32,000 nt of DNA from Ureaplasma parvum serovar 3 str. ATCC 27815 (GCF_000019345.1 NC_010503.1:270001-302000), one strand, 5' to 3'. Counted from the stretch's first letter, positions 9,050 through 21,391 are shown. Numbers and translations: made by a program. The notes: a model not told the origin generated them from the sequence alone.

Positions 9050-9985
9050 ATGACAAATAAAGTTATTCAAAGAAATATTCATATTTCGCACCGTAAAGCT
9101 TCTCTTGTAATTGATTTAGTTCGAAACAAGCCAGTACATGAAGCAATTCGAATTTTAAGTAATACACCAAAGAAGTTTGCTCCAATCGTTTTGAAATTAC
9201 TTAACTCAGCAATTTCAAACGTTCAACATAACTCTAAAGATATGGATCCAAGTAAACTATATATTTACAAAATTGTAGCTAATCAAGGTCCAACAATGAA
9301 AAGAACACTACCACGTGCTAAGGGTTCTGCTGATCAATTATTTAAACGTACAACACATTTAGAAATTGTTTTATCTGATGATGTTAATGAACGTGAAAAA
9401 GAATTAGCAGCTATTAAAGCTAAAAAATCAAAAAAACCATTAGCAGTTGAACCGATTGCTAAAGTTGAAACTAAAAAAGTTGCTAAACCAAGCAAAGTAG
9501 AAATAAAACCAGTTGAAAAAGACGAAAACGTTGATCCAGAACTTTTAAAACGTGAACAACAAGTTTTAAAAGTTGTTGAAAAAACTGCTTCACAAAAAGA
9601 AGAAGAAACTACTGAAACAATTATGATTTCAACATCACCTAAGAATGCACAAGTTTTATTTGATGATTTAGAAAAAAATGTAATCTTTTATAAAACAACA
9701 CCTATTAATAAAGTTTTACGTGTACTAGTTTATGTAACTAGCCCAACTAAAAAAGTTGTTGGTGAATTTGATTTAGAATCAGTTGAAATTGGTGCAATTT
9801 CATCAATTTGAAGAAAATACAGCAAACAATCTGTAATTTCTAAAAAAGAATATGATGCTTACTATGAAGGAAAAGATAAAGCACATGCACTTGTAAGCAA
9901 AAAAGCATATAAATACCGTAATCCAAAAGATCTTAGCGAATATAACATGACTAAAGGTCCAAGTGGATTCCAATATTTAAAATAG
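9050..9985 (+). CDS. rplV: 50S ribosomal protein L22 with C-terminal extension (K/E-rich linker plus ASCH-like domain), 311 aa
   Basis: Residues 1-~112 are L22 ([27 protein letters not shown]...[34 protein letters not shown]); extension continues through TGA 9809-9811 to TAG 9983-9985. Confidence 0.93.
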
Positions 9986-10004
9986 GGTAAGGGAGATTTT
10001 ACAA

Positions 10005-10778
10005 ATGGGTCAAAAAGTAAATCCAAATGGACTAAGATTTGGGATCAACAAACAATGACTATCTCGTTGAGTGCCAACTGATCAATTACAAATGGCTAAA
10101 TGATTAGTTGAAGATGATAAGATTAGAAAATATTTATCAACAAAATATAAAAATGCTGGTATTGATCATGTAGAAATTGAACGTGACCAACAACGGGTAA
10201 ATGTTTATGTATATGCTGTACAAAGTGGTTTATTAATTGGAACAGAAGCATCAGAAAAGAAATTAATTGAATTAGCAATTAACAAAATCGTTGGTCGTAA
10301 ACAATTAGTATCTTTAAAAGTAGTTGAAGTTCAAATTCCAGAATTACAAGCTTCATTAATGGCACGTGAAATTGCCGACGCAATTGAAAATAGAGTTTCA
10401 TTTAGAATTGCTCAAAAAATGGTAATTAAAAAAGTTCTAAAAGCTGGTGCTAGAGGTATTAAAACACATGTTTCAGGTCGTTTAGGTGGCGTGGAAATGG
10501 CACGTGAAGAAGGATATACACAAGGTGTAATGACCTTACATACATTACGTGCAGATATTGATTATTCAATGCAAGAAGCACATACAACTTATGGAATTAT
10601 TGGTGTTAAAGTTTGAATTAATCGTGGCGAATTATTTGGTAACAAATTAGTAAACAGTGTTGCGCATGCTGCAAATAAGGAATTTAGTCGTAGTTCAAAA
10701 CCAAAAAAAGGATCATTTAATCGTTCATCAAGATCAAAAAATACTAAACCTGCTCCAAAACAAGCAGTTAGCGAATAG
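10005..10778 (+). CDS. rpsC: 30S ribosomal protein S3
   Basis: [26 protein letters not shown]...[49 protein letters not shown]...; joined across TGA codons. Confidence 0.97.
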
Positions 10779-10792
10779 GAGATTATAAAATT

Positions 10793-11209
10793 ATGTTACA
10801 ACCAAAAAGAACAAAATTTCGTAAGCCTCATAAAGTAAGCTACGAAGGTAAAGCTAAAGGAAATAAACAAGTTGATTTTGGTGAATTTGGATTAATGGCA
10901 CTAGAAGGTGCATGAATTGATGCGCGTCAAATTGAATCAGCACGGATTGCAATTTCAAAACGTTTATTAAAAACTGGTAAAATGTGAATTCGTATTTTCC
11001 CACATATGTCATTAACTAAAAAACCATTAGAAGTACGTATGGGTTCTGGTAAAGGTAGTCCAGAAAAATGAGTAGCAGTTGTAAAGGCTGGAACAGTAAT
11101 GTTTGAAATTGCTAATGTTTCAGAAGAATTAATGTGTGAAGCTTTACGTGCTGCTGGAAATAAGTTACCAATTAAAGTAAAAATTGTTAAGAAGGGAGAA
11201 GCTAACTAA
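10793..11209 (+). CDS. rplP: 50S ribosomal protein L16
   Basis: [106 protein letters not shown]. Confidence 0.97.
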
Positions 11210-11436
11210 TGAGTAGTATTGCACAAGATCTTCGTAAAAAAGATAGCTTAGAACTTGAAAAAATTGTTATTGAGCTTAAAGCCAAATTATTAGAACTTCG
11301 TTTTGCAGCTGCGAATGGGGAAGCAGAAAAACTTCATACAGCCAAAGAAATTCGTAAAACAATTGCACGTGCATTAACAATTTTAAATGAACGTGAATTA
11401 GCAGAAAAATTAAACAACAAGGAGGCTAATAAATAA
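11209..11436 (+). CDS. rpmC: 50S ribosomal protein L29
   Basis: [41 protein letters not shown]; start overlaps rplP stop by 1 nt. Confidence 0.93.
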   Translation: MSSIAQDLRKKDSLELEKIVIELKAKLLELRFAAANGEAEKLHTAKEIRKTIARALTILNERELAEKLNNKEANK

Positions 11437-11690
11437 TGGAAAGAAGCCGTCGTAAAGTTTTAGAAGGGTTAGTAGTTTCAGATAAAATGCAAAAAACTGT
11501 TGTTGTTAGTGTTGAAACTAAAAGCAAACACCCAATATATAGAAAACTTGTAATTAGTCATAAAAAATACCACGCACACAATGATAATGATGATGCCAAA
11601 GTTGGTGACCTTGTTGAAATCACTGAAACTCGTCCATTAAGTGCAACAAAAAATTGAAGAGTTAGCAAAATTTTAGAAAGAGCACGTTAG
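11436..11690 (+). CDS. rpsQ: 30S ribosomal protein S17
   Basis: [84 protein letters not shown]. Confidence 0.96.
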
Positions 11691-11709
11691 TGCAACTAAG
11701 GAGAAGATT

Positions 11710-12078
11710 ATGATTCAACATATGACAAGACTAAAAGTTGCAGATAACACAGGTGCTAAAGAAGTTGGAGTAATCAAAGTGCTTGGTGGCTCTAAAAAAC
11801 GTTATGCATCAGTGGGCGATATTGTAGTTGTCTCAGTTAAAAAAGCAACACCTGCTGGTTTAATTGCTAAAGGACAAATGGCCAAAGCTGTAATTGTTAG
11901 AACAAAAAAATCAATTCGTCGTGAGTCTGGTTTATTAATTAGATTTGACGAAAACGCATGTGTACTTATTAAAGAGGATAAGACACCAAGAGGATCACGT
12001 ATTTTTGGTCCTGTAGCAAGAGAAATTCGTGATCGTGGATACACAAAAATTGCTTCTCTTGCTCCTGAAGTATTATAG
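11710..12078 (+). CDS. rplN: 50S ribosomal protein L14
   Basis: [46 protein letters not shown]... Confidence 0.97.
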   Translation: MIQHMTRLKVADNTGAKEVGVIKVLGGSKKRYASVGDIVVVSVKKATPAGLIAKGQMAKAVIVRTKKSIRRESGLLIRFDENACVLIKEDKTPRGSRIFGPVAREIRDRGYTKIASLAPEVL

Positions 12079-12092
12079 GAGGTTAGCAGATA

Positions 12093-12425
12093 ATGAACAG
12101 AATTAAAAAAGGCGATACAGTTGTTGTTATTTCAGGTAAAAACAAAAATAAATCTGGCGTAGTTATTCAAGTTAACCCTAAAGAACAAACAGCACTTGTT
12201 GAAGGCGTTAATAAAATTAAACGTCATCAAAAGAAAGATCAAACGCATGAACAATCTGGAATTATTGAAAAAGAAGCTCCAATTCGTTTATGTAAATTAG
12301 CATTAGTTGATCCTAAAGGAAAAGATAAAGGTAAAGCAACTAAAGTTAAATATTTACTTAAAGATAACAAAAAAGTTCGTGTAGCACGTAAAAGTGGTTC
12401 AGAACTTGATGTAAATAAAAAATAA
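12093..12425 (+). CDS. rplX: 50S ribosomal protein L24
   Basis: [47 protein letters not shown]. Confidence 0.95.
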   Translation: MNRIKKGDTVVVISGKNKNKSGVVIQVNPKEQTALVEGVNKIKRHQKKDQTHEQSGIIEKEAPIRLCKLALVDPKGKDKGKATKVKYLLKDNKKVRVARKSGSELDVNKK

Positions 12426-12441
12426 AAAGGAAGGATAAGTT

Positions 12442-12996
12442 ATGGCATTCTTAAAAGATTTATATAAAAATAAAGTTGCTAAAGATTTGCAAAAAGAATT
12501 TGCTTATTCTTCTGTAATGCAAATTCCTAAAATTGAAAAAGTAGTTATTAACGCAGGAATTGGAAATGCTGTTGCTGATAAAAAACATTTAGAAGCAGCT
12601 ATTTCAGAATTAACTTTGATTACAGGACAAAGACCTGTTGAAACAAAAGCTAAAAAATCAATTGCAACATTTAAATTACGTGCTGGTCAAAGTATTGGTG
12701 CTAAAGTTACATTACGTGGCGATCGTATGTGAGCATTTATTGAAACTTTATTTAATATTGCTTTACCTCGTGTACGTGATTTTAAAGGAATTTCAAATAA
12801 TTCGTTTGATAACCAAGGTAACTACACTTTAGGTATTAAAGAACAAATTATTTTCCCTCAAGTTGTTTATGATGATGTTAAATCAGTGCGTGGTTTTGAT
12901 GTAACATTTGTTACAACTGCAAAAACAGCCCAAGAAGCTAAAGCATTACTAGTGGGACTAGGTGCTCCATTTCAAAAAGTAAGAGGAGACAAATAA
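12442..12996 (+). CDS. rplE: 50S ribosomal protein L5
   Basis: [111 protein letters not shown]; joined across TGA 12730-12732. Confidence 0.97.
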
Positions 12997-12999
12997 TTT

Positions 13000-13185
13000 A
13001 TGGCGAAAAAATCATTAATTGCTAAGCAAAAAAAACATCAAAAATTTGCAGTTCGTGAATACACTCGTTGCGTAAGATGTGGTCGTCCACATGCTGTTAA
13101 TCGTAAATTTGGTGTATGTCGTCTTTGCTTTAGAGATTTAGCTTACGCTGGTGCAATTCCAGGAATTAAGAAAGCATCTTGATAG
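13000..13185 (+). CDS. rpsZ: 30S ribosomal protein S14, type Z (zinc-binding)
   Basis: 61 aa, ...[40 protein letters not shown]; two CxxC motifs. Confidence 0.96.
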
Positions 13186-13195
13186 GAGGATAGAT

Positions 13196-13594
13196 ATGTA
13201 TTTAGATCCAATTGCTGAATTAATTACAAAAATTAATAATGGTCGTAAGGCCCATAAAGCTGAAGTTAGTTTTGCAACTTCAAAGCTTAAAACAGCGATT
13301 TTAGAATTATTGGTTAAAGAAGGATATATCAAATCTTATGATATTCGTCCAACTGAAAACAATAAATCTGAAACAGTTGTTAAACTAAAATACAAAAACC
13401 AAACAACATCTTCTATCAATGGTTTTAAACAAATTTCAAAACCAGGATTAAGAATTTATTCAACACACTTAAATTTACCAAAAGTATTAAATGGTTTAGG
13501 AATTGCTATCATCACAACTTCAAAAGGTGTTATGTCAGATAAACAAGCAAGAAAGGAAAATGTAGGCGGGGAAGTAATCGCTTACGTTTGATAA
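13196..13594 (+). CDS. rpsH: 30S ribosomal protein S8
   Basis: MYLDPIAELITKINNGRKAHKAEVSF...[33 protein letters not shown]. Confidence 0.96.
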
Positions 13595-13602
13595 GAATAT
13601 TT

Positions 13603-14151
13603 ATGTCAAGAATTGGAAATCGTAAATTAACTATTCCAGCTAATGTAAATGTTAGTGTTGAATCTGGTAAAGTACATATTGTTAGTCAAACTGCAAAATT
13701 AAGTGTTGATTTTCCAGTAAATCTAATTAGTGTAGATGTTGTTGATAATACTGTTAAAGTTAGTCGTGCAAACGATGAAAAACAAACAAAAATGTTTCAT
13801 GGAACAGTAAATGCAAATATTGCTAATGCTTTAGTTGGTGTAACTACTGGTTGAAAGAAAGAATTAGAAGTTAAAGGGGTAGGTTTTAGAGCAAAAGTTG
13901 AAGGTTCAAAACTTAATTTAGGATTAGGTTTTTCTCACCCTTTATTAATTCAAATTCCAACAGGTTTAAAAGTTGAAACACCATCAGCTACTGAAATTAG
14001 TATTAATGGAGCAGATAAAGCTGCTGTTGGTGCTTTTGCAGCAGTAGTACGTGCTTATCGTAAACCAGAACCTTACAAAGGTAAAGGTGTGATGTATAAG
14101 GGCGAAAGAATTGTGCGTAAAGCAGGTAAAACTGCAGATAAGAAAAAATAG
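13603..14151 (+). CDS. rplF: 50S ribosomal protein L6
   Basis: MSRIGNRKLTIPANVNVSVESGKVHIVSQTAKLSVDFP...WKKELEVKGVGFRAKVEGSKLNLGLGFSHPLLIQIP...YRKPEPYKGKGVMYKGERIVRKAGKTADKKK. Confidence 0.97.
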
Positions 14152-14169
14152 AAAGGTCATTCATAAAGT

Positions 14170-14535
14170 ATGAAAAGAATTAATTTTAGTCGTGCTAAAC
14201 AACGTGCACTTCGTGCTAAACGTCTTCATGTTAAAATTCGTAACCTTCAATTAGCTGCAAACAAACCTGTTTTAGTTATTACAAAAACAAATGCACACAT
14301 TTGAGCACAATTAATTTGCTATAACAAAAATATTACTTTAGCTTCATCATCATCTGTACAATTAGATTTACAAAATGGTAATAAAGATAATGCACGTTTA
14401 GTAGGTGTTGATATTGCTAAAAAAGCTTTAGCACAAGGCTTTAAACAAGTTATTTTTAACAAAAATGGTGCTAAATACCATGGGCGTATTAAAGCATTAG
14501 CAGATGCAGCGCGTGAAGCTGGATTAGAATTTTAA
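14170..14535 (+). CDS. rplR: 50S ribosomal protein L18
   Basis: [24 protein letters not shown]...[29 protein letters not shown]...[41 protein letters not shown]; not in ORF track. Confidence 0.95.
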
Positions 14536-14552
14536 AAAGGAGCAGTTATAAT

Positions 14553-15164
14553 ATGGAAAACAATGTTAAAAAAGAAACTATTGTAGATAGTGAAAAAGTT
14601 GAAAAGCAACAACTAGTAACTGCACCAGTAGTTAATAAAAAAGAAAATACAGAACCAAAAGCAAAAACATTTAAACGTGAAACAACAACATCAAATTTTG
14701 AAGAACGTGTAGTGAAAATTAAACGAATTTCAAAAACAACAAAAGGTGGACGTATGATGCGTTTTAGTGCTTTAGTTGTTATTGGTGATAAAAATGGAAC
14801 TGTTGGTTTTGGTATGGGTAAATCAATTGAAGTTCCAGATGCAATCAAAAAAGCGATTAAAAACGCAAACAATAATTTAATTAAAGTTAAGCAAACAAAA
14901 AAAGGTTCAATTTACCATGATGTAAATGGTCGTCATGGAGCTGCTAAAGTAATGTTACTACCTGCTCCTGAAGGTACTGGAATTATTGCTGGTGGACCTG
15001 TACGTGCTGTGGTTGAATTAGCTGGATTTACTGATATTTATACAAAATCACGTGGTGCTAATGCGCCAATGAATGTTATTCGTGCCACAATCAATGGGTT
15101 ATTACAACAATTAACACCAAAAGAAATTGCACGTTTACGTGACAAAAGTTTAAGAGAAATATAG
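14553..15164 (+). CDS. rpsE: 30S ribosomal protein S5
   Basis: [64 protein letters not shown]. Confidence 0.97.
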
Positions 15165-15180
15165 TGATTAGGAGTTTGTC

Positions 15181-15627
15181 ATGCAATTACATAATTTAGA
15201 ATATAAAAAAGGTTCAAGAAACCACAAAGAAAAACGTGTTGGTCGTGGTCATGGTTCTGGTTTAGGAAAAACTTCTGGGCGTGGACAAGATGGACAAAAA
15301 GCACGTAAATCAGGAATGGTACGTTTAGCTTTTGAAGGAGGACAAACACCACTTTATCGTCGTGTGCCAAAAGTTGGTTTTAACAACGATCGTTTTGCAA
15401 ATAAATATAACGTTGTAACTTTAATTTCATTAGTAAAATATGAAACAAAAGAATTAACAGTTGAATTTATGTATGCAAATAAAATTGCTAAAAATGAAGA
15501 TTTACCAATTAAGGTTATAGGTAATGCAGTTTTACCAAGTGGCACAGTAGTAAGTGCTCACAAATTTAGTAAAGGCGCATTGGAATCAATTAGTAATTCA
15601 AAAGCAAAAGCACAAATTTTAGAGTAA
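15181..15627 (+). CDS. rplO: 50S ribosomal protein L15
   Basis: [45 protein letters not shown]. Confidence 0.96.
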   Translation: MQLHNLEYKKGSRNHKEKRVGRGHGSGLGKTSGRGQDGQKARKSGMVRLAFEGGQTPLYRRVPKVGFNNDRFANKYNVVTLISLVKYETKELTVEFMYANKIAKNEDLPIKVIGNAVLPSGTVVSAHKFSKGALESISNSKAKAQILE

Positions 15628-15679
15628 TAAAAGTTTATAATATATAATTTATTACTAAACCAAAATAAGGGGATTAACA

Positions 15680-17095
15680 ATGACTAACAAACAGAAGAAA
15701 AAAAATGCTTTTAGACAGTTGTTAATGATCTTTAAAAATAAAAAAGTTTTAGTTGCATTAATTGTAACTTTAAGTATATTAATCTTGTTTAGAATTGGAT
15801 CTGTTATCCCAATGCCATACATTAAGTTAAATGGTAATTTTGGCAATCAAGGTTCATTCTTTTCAATTATTAACTTATTAGGCGGGGGAGGGCTATCACA
15901 ATTTTCACTCTTCGCAATTGGGATAGGACCTTATATTACCGCTCAAATTATTATGCAACTTTTATCAAGTGAGCTTGTGCCACCACTCGCCAAATTATCC
16001 AAATCAGGTGAGCGTGGTCGTAAAAAAATTGAAGTGATTACAAGAATCATTACCTTGCCTCTTGCAGTGATGCAAGCTGTCATTATTATTAATTTAATGA
16101 CAAGAGCAAATGGATTTATTTCAATTGTTTCAAATGCACCATTTGCTATTGGTTCACCATTATTTTATGTAACATACATTTTTTTAATGGTTGGTGGCAC
16201 TTATATTTCGTTATTTTTAGCTGATCTAATTTCGAAAAAAGGTGTTGGTAATGGAATTACATTATTAATTCTTACAGGAATTGTTGCTTCATTATTTAAT
16301 CACTTTATTGCAATTTTTTCAAATTTAGGTAGTTTAACAAGCAGTAAAGTTTCACAAATTATCGGTTTCATTTTATACATTTTATTCTATATTATGATCT
16401 TAATTGGTGTTGTTTTTGTTAATAATTCAACAAGAAAAATTCCAGTTCAACAAACCGGTCAAGCTCTAATTTTAGATCATGAGAAACTACCATTTCTTCC
16501 TATTAAAATTATGACAGCAGGAGTAATGCCAGTGATCTTTGCATCATCTGTTTTAGCCATTCCTGCACAAGTTGCTGAATTTTTAGATAAACAAAGCATG
16601 GGTTATTATGTGATTCATAATTACTTCATTGTTGATTCTTGAACGGGTCTAGCAATTTATGTTGTTTTAATTTTATTATTTACATTCTTCTTTTCATATG
16701 TACAACTTAATCCACCAAAAATGGCTGAAGATATTAAAAAAGCCGGTCGTTTTATTCCAGGTGTTCAAGTTGGAATGGATACTGAAAAACATATTACAAA
16801 AGTAATTTATCGCGTGAATTGAATTGGTGCACCAATTCTTGCTTTTCTAGCATGCTTGCCTCATTTGGTTGCTTTAGTAGCTAAAACAATCAATCATGGA
16901 ATTCCTGTAATTCAACCATCAACAATTTTTGGAGGAACTTCAATTATTATTATGGTTACAGCAACGCTTGAATTATGAAATGCAATTAAATCAACATCAA
17001 CTTCAACATCATACGCTTACCAAAGAAAAGAATTAGAAACATCCATTACAGTAAGCGCTGAAAGTGACAAGAGTAGTAAGTCACAAATTTGATAG
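15680..17095 (+). CDS. secY: Protein translocase subunit SecY
   Basis: FRIGSVIPMPYIKLNG...LGGGGLSQFSLFAIGIGPYITAQIIMQLLSSELVPPLAKLSKSGERGRKKIEVITRIITLPLAVMQA; joined across TGA codons, ends SSKSQIW*. Confidence 0.97.
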
Positions 17096-17103
17096 AGGTA
17101 TTT

Positions 17104-17745
17104 ATGAAAATCCTTTTAATTGGCCCCCCAGGGAGTGGTAAGGGAAGTGTTAGTGAATTATTAACTAAAAATAATACATTAAAACATGTTTCCACAGGTA
17201 ATTTATTTCGTGCAATTCTAAAAGAGGATAGCGAATTAGCACGTAAAATTAAAGAGATTAATGTTTCTGGTGGTAAATTAGTACCAGATGAAATTACTAA
17301 TCAAGTTGCTAAATCAGCAATTGATGAATTAATTAAAAATGAACAATCATTTATTTTAGATGGTTATCCACGCACAATTAATCAAGCCTTAGCATTAGAA
17401 CAATATTGTAATTTAGATTATATTTTTTATCTAGATATTGATCATCAAGAATTAATGAAACGTTTAACTGGGCGTTGAATGTGCCCAAAATGTGCAGGAA
17501 TTTATAATATTCATTTTAAAAAACCACAAGTTCATGGTTTATGTGACAATGATCAAGCTACTCTTTATCAACGAGCTGATGATCATGCAGATGCTGTAAG
17601 TATTCGATTAGATGAATATGATAAATTAACCCTACCTTTGATTAAGCATTATGAAACTAATCCACGTTTTATTAAAATCAATGCTAATCAACCTATTGAA
17701 GATGTTTATAAAAACATTAACAATTATTTAAAACAAAATAAGTAA
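17104..17745 (+). CDS. adk: Adenylate kinase
   Basis: MKILLIGPPGSGKGSVSELL... P-loop; lid MCPKCAGIYNIHFKKPQVHGLCDNDQATLYQRADD (Cys3-Asp metal-site type). Confidence 0.96.
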
Positions 17746-17769
17746 AAAAAAGTAGATGAAGTTAAAACC

Positions 17770-18519
17770 ATGGTTATTGTTAAAACAGAAAAAGATATTG
17801 CTGCTATTAAAGAAGCTGTGCGAATTTGAAAAATTGCTCGTGAAGCAATTTATAAACAAGCTAAAGCAGGCGTTTCATTAAAAGAATTAGACTTATTAGC
17901 TAAAGAAGTTATTGAAGCAAATGGTGGAATTGCTGCTTTTCACAACTATTTAGGTTTTAAAGGTCATATTTGTATTTCAGTGAATGAGTGCGTTATTCAT
18001 GGAGTCCCAACCGATTACGTCTTAAAAGATGGTGATAAGGTAACATTTGATGTTGGTGTTAAATACGATAATCATTATTGTGATGCGGCGTTTACCATTA
18101 TTATTAACAACTCAAATGTTGAAGCACTAAAAATATCAGAGATTTGTAAAAAATCAATTGACGAAGCCGTTGCAATTATTAAACCAAAAGTAACAACACA
18201 TGCAATTTCGAATGCAATTCAAAAGTTTATTGAAAAAAACGGTTATTTTGTTCTTCGTGATTTTGCCGGCCACGGTTGTGGTAATGAAATTCATGAAGAT
18301 CCATTGATTCCTAATTATCGATCTTTATTGTATCGTAATGTTACATTAGAAGAGAATATGGTAATTTGTATTGAACCAATGATTCTAAGTGGATCAAATG
18401 CTTATTATATTGATCCAAACGATCAATGATCTGTAAAATCTAAAAATCATCAAATGACTTGTCATTGAGAACATATGATTCTAATTACAAAAGATGGTTG
18501 TGAAGTTTTAACAGATTAA
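17770..18519 (+). CDS. map: Methionine aminopeptidase, type I
   Basis: ICISVNECVIHGVPTDYVLKDGDKVTFDVGVKYDNHYCDAAFTI...FAGHGCGNEIHEDP...CIEPMI...HWEHMILITKDGCEVLTD; joined across TGA codons; start less certain. Confidence 0.93.
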
Positions 18520-18546
18520 GGGATATATTTTAAACAAGGAATAAAA

Positions 18547-18771
18547 ATGGCAGATACAGAAAAATTAAAAATGCTTGGTAAAATTGTTGAAGTTTTACAA
18601 GGCGGAAATTTTAGAGTTCAATTAGAAAATGGCATCACGATTATGAGCCACGTATCAGGTAAAATGCGTGTTAATAAAATTAACATTTTACCAGGTGATA
18701 CTGTTGATGTTGAGTTAAGTCCATACGACCTAACACGTGGAAGAATTACATATCGTCATCGTGATAACTAA
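18547..18771 (+). CDS. infA: Translation initiation factor IF-1
   Basis: [61 protein letters not shown]. Confidence 0.97.
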   Translation: MADTEKLKMLGKIVEVLQGGNFRVQLENGITIMSHVSGKMRVNKINILPGDTVDVELSPYDLTRGRITYRHRDN

Positions 18772-18794
18772 AATTAAACGAAAGGAAAACTATA

Positions 18795-18908
18795 ATGAAA
18801 GTTAGAGCTTCAGTTAAAGCAATTTGTAAAGATTGCAAAATCGTAAAGCGATCAGGTGTTGTGCGTGTTATTTGTGCTAATTCAAAACACAAACAACGTC
18901 AAGGTTAA
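18795..18908 (+). CDS. rpmJ: 50S ribosomal protein L36
   Basis: [37 protein letters not shown] (37 aa, CCCH motif); too short for ORF track. Confidence 0.96.
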   Translation: MKVRASVKAICKDCKIVKRSGVVRVICANSKHKQRQG

Positions 18909-18932
18909 TAAAAAGAAAGGAAGATAAATAAT

Positions 18933-19331
18933 ATGGCACGTATTTTAGGGGTAGATATTCCTAATGATAAAAGAGTTGTAATTTCATTAACATACATTTT
19001 TGGTATTGGAAAATCTACATCTCAACAAATTTTAAAATTAGCTAATATAGATGAAAATATTCGTGTAAAGGATTTAGCTGATGAACAAATTGCTGAAATT
19101 CGTCGAGTTGCTTTAAATTTTGTTAAAGCAAATGGCGAAAAATTACAATTAGAAGGTGATTTACGAAGAACTGTAGCCATGGATATTAAGCGTTTAATGG
19201 AAATCGGTTCATATCGTGGAATCCGTCACCGTCGTGGTTTACCAGTGCGTGGACAAAGAACAAAAACAAACGCTCGTACACGTAAAGGACCACGTAAAAC
19301 AGTTGCTAATAAAAAGATTGAAACTAGATAA
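18933..19331 (+). CDS. rpsM: 30S ribosomal protein S13
   Basis: [34 protein letters not shown]...[31 protein letters not shown]. Confidence 0.97.
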   Translation: MARILGVDIPNDKRVVISLTYIFGIGKSTSQQILKLANIDENIRVKDLADEQIAEIRRVALNFVKANGEKLQLEGDLRRTVAMDIKRLMEIGSYRGIRHRRGLPVRGQRTKTNARTRKGPRKTVANKKIETR

Positions 19332-19352
19332 TAAGAAAGGAATAATCAAACT

Positions 19353-19718
19353 ATGGCAAAGAAGAAAAAACTTAGTTTTACTAATGGAATTGCATATATT
19401 CATGCAACTAAAAATAATACGATTATTACTTTGGCTGATGAACAAGGAAGCGTTTTATCTTGAGCATCATCTGGTTCAATCGGTTATAAAGGAACAAAGA
19501 AAAAAACTCCATATTCAGCAGGTATTGCTGCTGAAGCTGCAGCAAAAGCTGTGATTGATATGGGATTAAAATCTGTTGAAGTTCATGTTAATGGAACAGG
19601 TGCAAGTCGTGATACAGCAATTCGTAGCCTACAAGCAGCAGGTTTAGAAGTAACAAAAATTAAAGATGTTACTCCAATTCCACATAATGGGTGTCGTCCA
19701 CCTAAAAAACCAAGATAG
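19353..19718 (+). CDS. rpsK: 30S ribosomal protein S11
   Basis: [60 protein letters not shown]...[15 protein letters not shown]. Confidence 0.97.
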
Positions 19719-19754
19719 TAATTTGGTTTTGATTATTGCAAAAGGAGAAATAAC

Positions 19755-20738
19755 ATGCGTAAATTTTTAAAATACCAACTTGATGTGCCATCAATTAATA
19801 GCGAAGACAAAAATCGTACAGTTGTTAAAATTGCCCCACTTGAAATTGGTTTTGGTGACACATTAGGAAATGCCTTACGTCGAATTTGTTTATCATCAAT
19901 TCCTGGTGCCTCAATGTTCGCTGTTAAATTTGGGGGATATTCGCATGAATTTCAACCATACGAAGGTGTTAAAGAAGACATTACTCACATCATTTTAAAC
20001 TTAAAAAATTTAGCAATTAAAATTGATGAATTAATTTATAGTGAAGACTATTTCAACAATTTATTAATTGATAAATGACCAAAAATGAAAATTAATTTCA
20101 AAGGACCTGGTGTGATTACAGCTAAAGATATTGTATGTCCAGTAGGTTTTGAAATTGTTAACCAAGACTTATATATTGCAGAAGTAACAAAACCAATTGA
20201 TGTAGAAATTGAAATTTTTGCAAAAACAGGACGTGGTCGTGTCGATTTTAATACAAATAAGGATTTTGTTTCAACACTACATATTATCGCAACCGATTCA
20301 AATTATTCACCAGTTCTACATTACGCTTATAATGTAGAAATGATTAAAGATTCAAAATCATCAATGTCTGAGATTTTAACAATTGACATTGCAACAAATG
20401 GTACGATATCAGGAAGCGAAGCAATTGCGATTGCTGCTAAGATTATGCAAGCGCATTTAGAACCAATCGTGAACATTGATAAAACAATTAATGAAATGAT
20501 TATTATGCGTGAGCGTGAGGAAGAAGAAAAACGTCAAAACGCTTCAATTTCAATTGATGATTTAGATTTAACGGTGCGTGCATATAATGCTTTAAAACAA
20601 TCAGGTATTAATACCACTGCTGAATTAATTGAATTAACAAAATCACAACTTGAAAAAATTAAGAATTTAGGACGTAAATCAGTTACTGAAATTATTCAAA
20701 AATTAACTGAACGTTCACTTGAGTTAAAAAAAGATTAA
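19755..20738 (+). CDS. rpoA: DNA-directed RNA polymerase subunit alpha
   Basis: Joined ORFs: [34 protein letters not shown]...; alpha-[47 protein letters not shown]. Confidence 0.97.
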
Positions 20739-20765
20739 AACTTTAAAAGAAAGGAATAATTTGAT

Positions 20766-21125
20766 ATGAGTTACATTAACAAACCAGGTAAAACACGCGC
20801 ATGAAGAAAAATGGTGAGTCGTCAACAAGTATCTGATGTTATAAGTCATGGTTCAATTGTGACAACAAAAACAAAAGCAAAAGAATCACAACGTCATGTT
20901 GATCATTTAATCACTCTTGCTAAGAAAAACACACTTGCTTCACGTCGTGCAGCAGCTGCGATTTTATTAGGAACAAATCAACACTCAGCGGATGATTTAT
21001 TACGTAAATTATTTAACGAATTAGGTCCTAAGTATGCTAATCGTGCTGGTGGATACACTCGTGTTATTAAACTTGGTAATCGTCCAGGAGATAATACAGA
21101 AGAAGCTGTTTTACAATTAGTTTAG
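20766..21125 (+). CDS. rplQ: 50S ribosomal protein L17
   Basis: MSYINKPGKTRAWRKMVSRQQVSDVISHGSIVTTKTKAKESQRHVDHLITLAKK. Confidence 0.96.
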
Positions 21126-21150
21126 TAAATATTTAATAAAATAGATCAAT

Positions 21151-21186
21151 AAAAACCAGTTTTACATTTCGTTTAACTGGTTTTTT
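21151..21186 (+). terminator. Intrinsic terminator ending the S10-spc-alpha operon
   Basis: AAAAACCAGTT (21151-21161) / AACTGGTTTTT (21175-21185), 11-bp perfect stem. Confidence 0.9.
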
Positions 21187-21391
21187 ACTATATAAAATAT
21201 AAATTAATTTATTTACAAACAAAAAACGAAATAAAATTTTAATTATTTTTTATTATATGTTAATTGATTTGTTCCACCTTTTTTTAAAAAAATGATAAAC
21301 AATAATATTTACAAGTAATTTTGTAATTTTGGTCATATATTTTTAATATATTTTATTATTAAGATATACAAAAGTTAGGTTTTATAGACTA

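Noticed and set aside
14546-14872. Minus-strand ORF antisense to rpsE
   Set aside because: Shadow of the S5 coding sequence.
17104-17745. Adenylate kinase lid missing its fourth cysteine (CxxC...C..D)
   Set aside because: Cys3-Asp metal sites are known in Gram-positive Adk (e.g. Bacillus subtilis), so this is not unusual.
19216-19554. Forward ORF of 112 aa overlapping rpsM and rpsK
   Set aside because: Shadow frame across two confident ribosomal genes.
21187-21391. 205-nt AT-rich gap after the operon terminator examined for tRNA/ncRNA or a mobile element
   Set aside because: No cloverleaf, no GC-rich structured block and no terminal repeats; treated as ordinary promoter-containing intergenic DNA.
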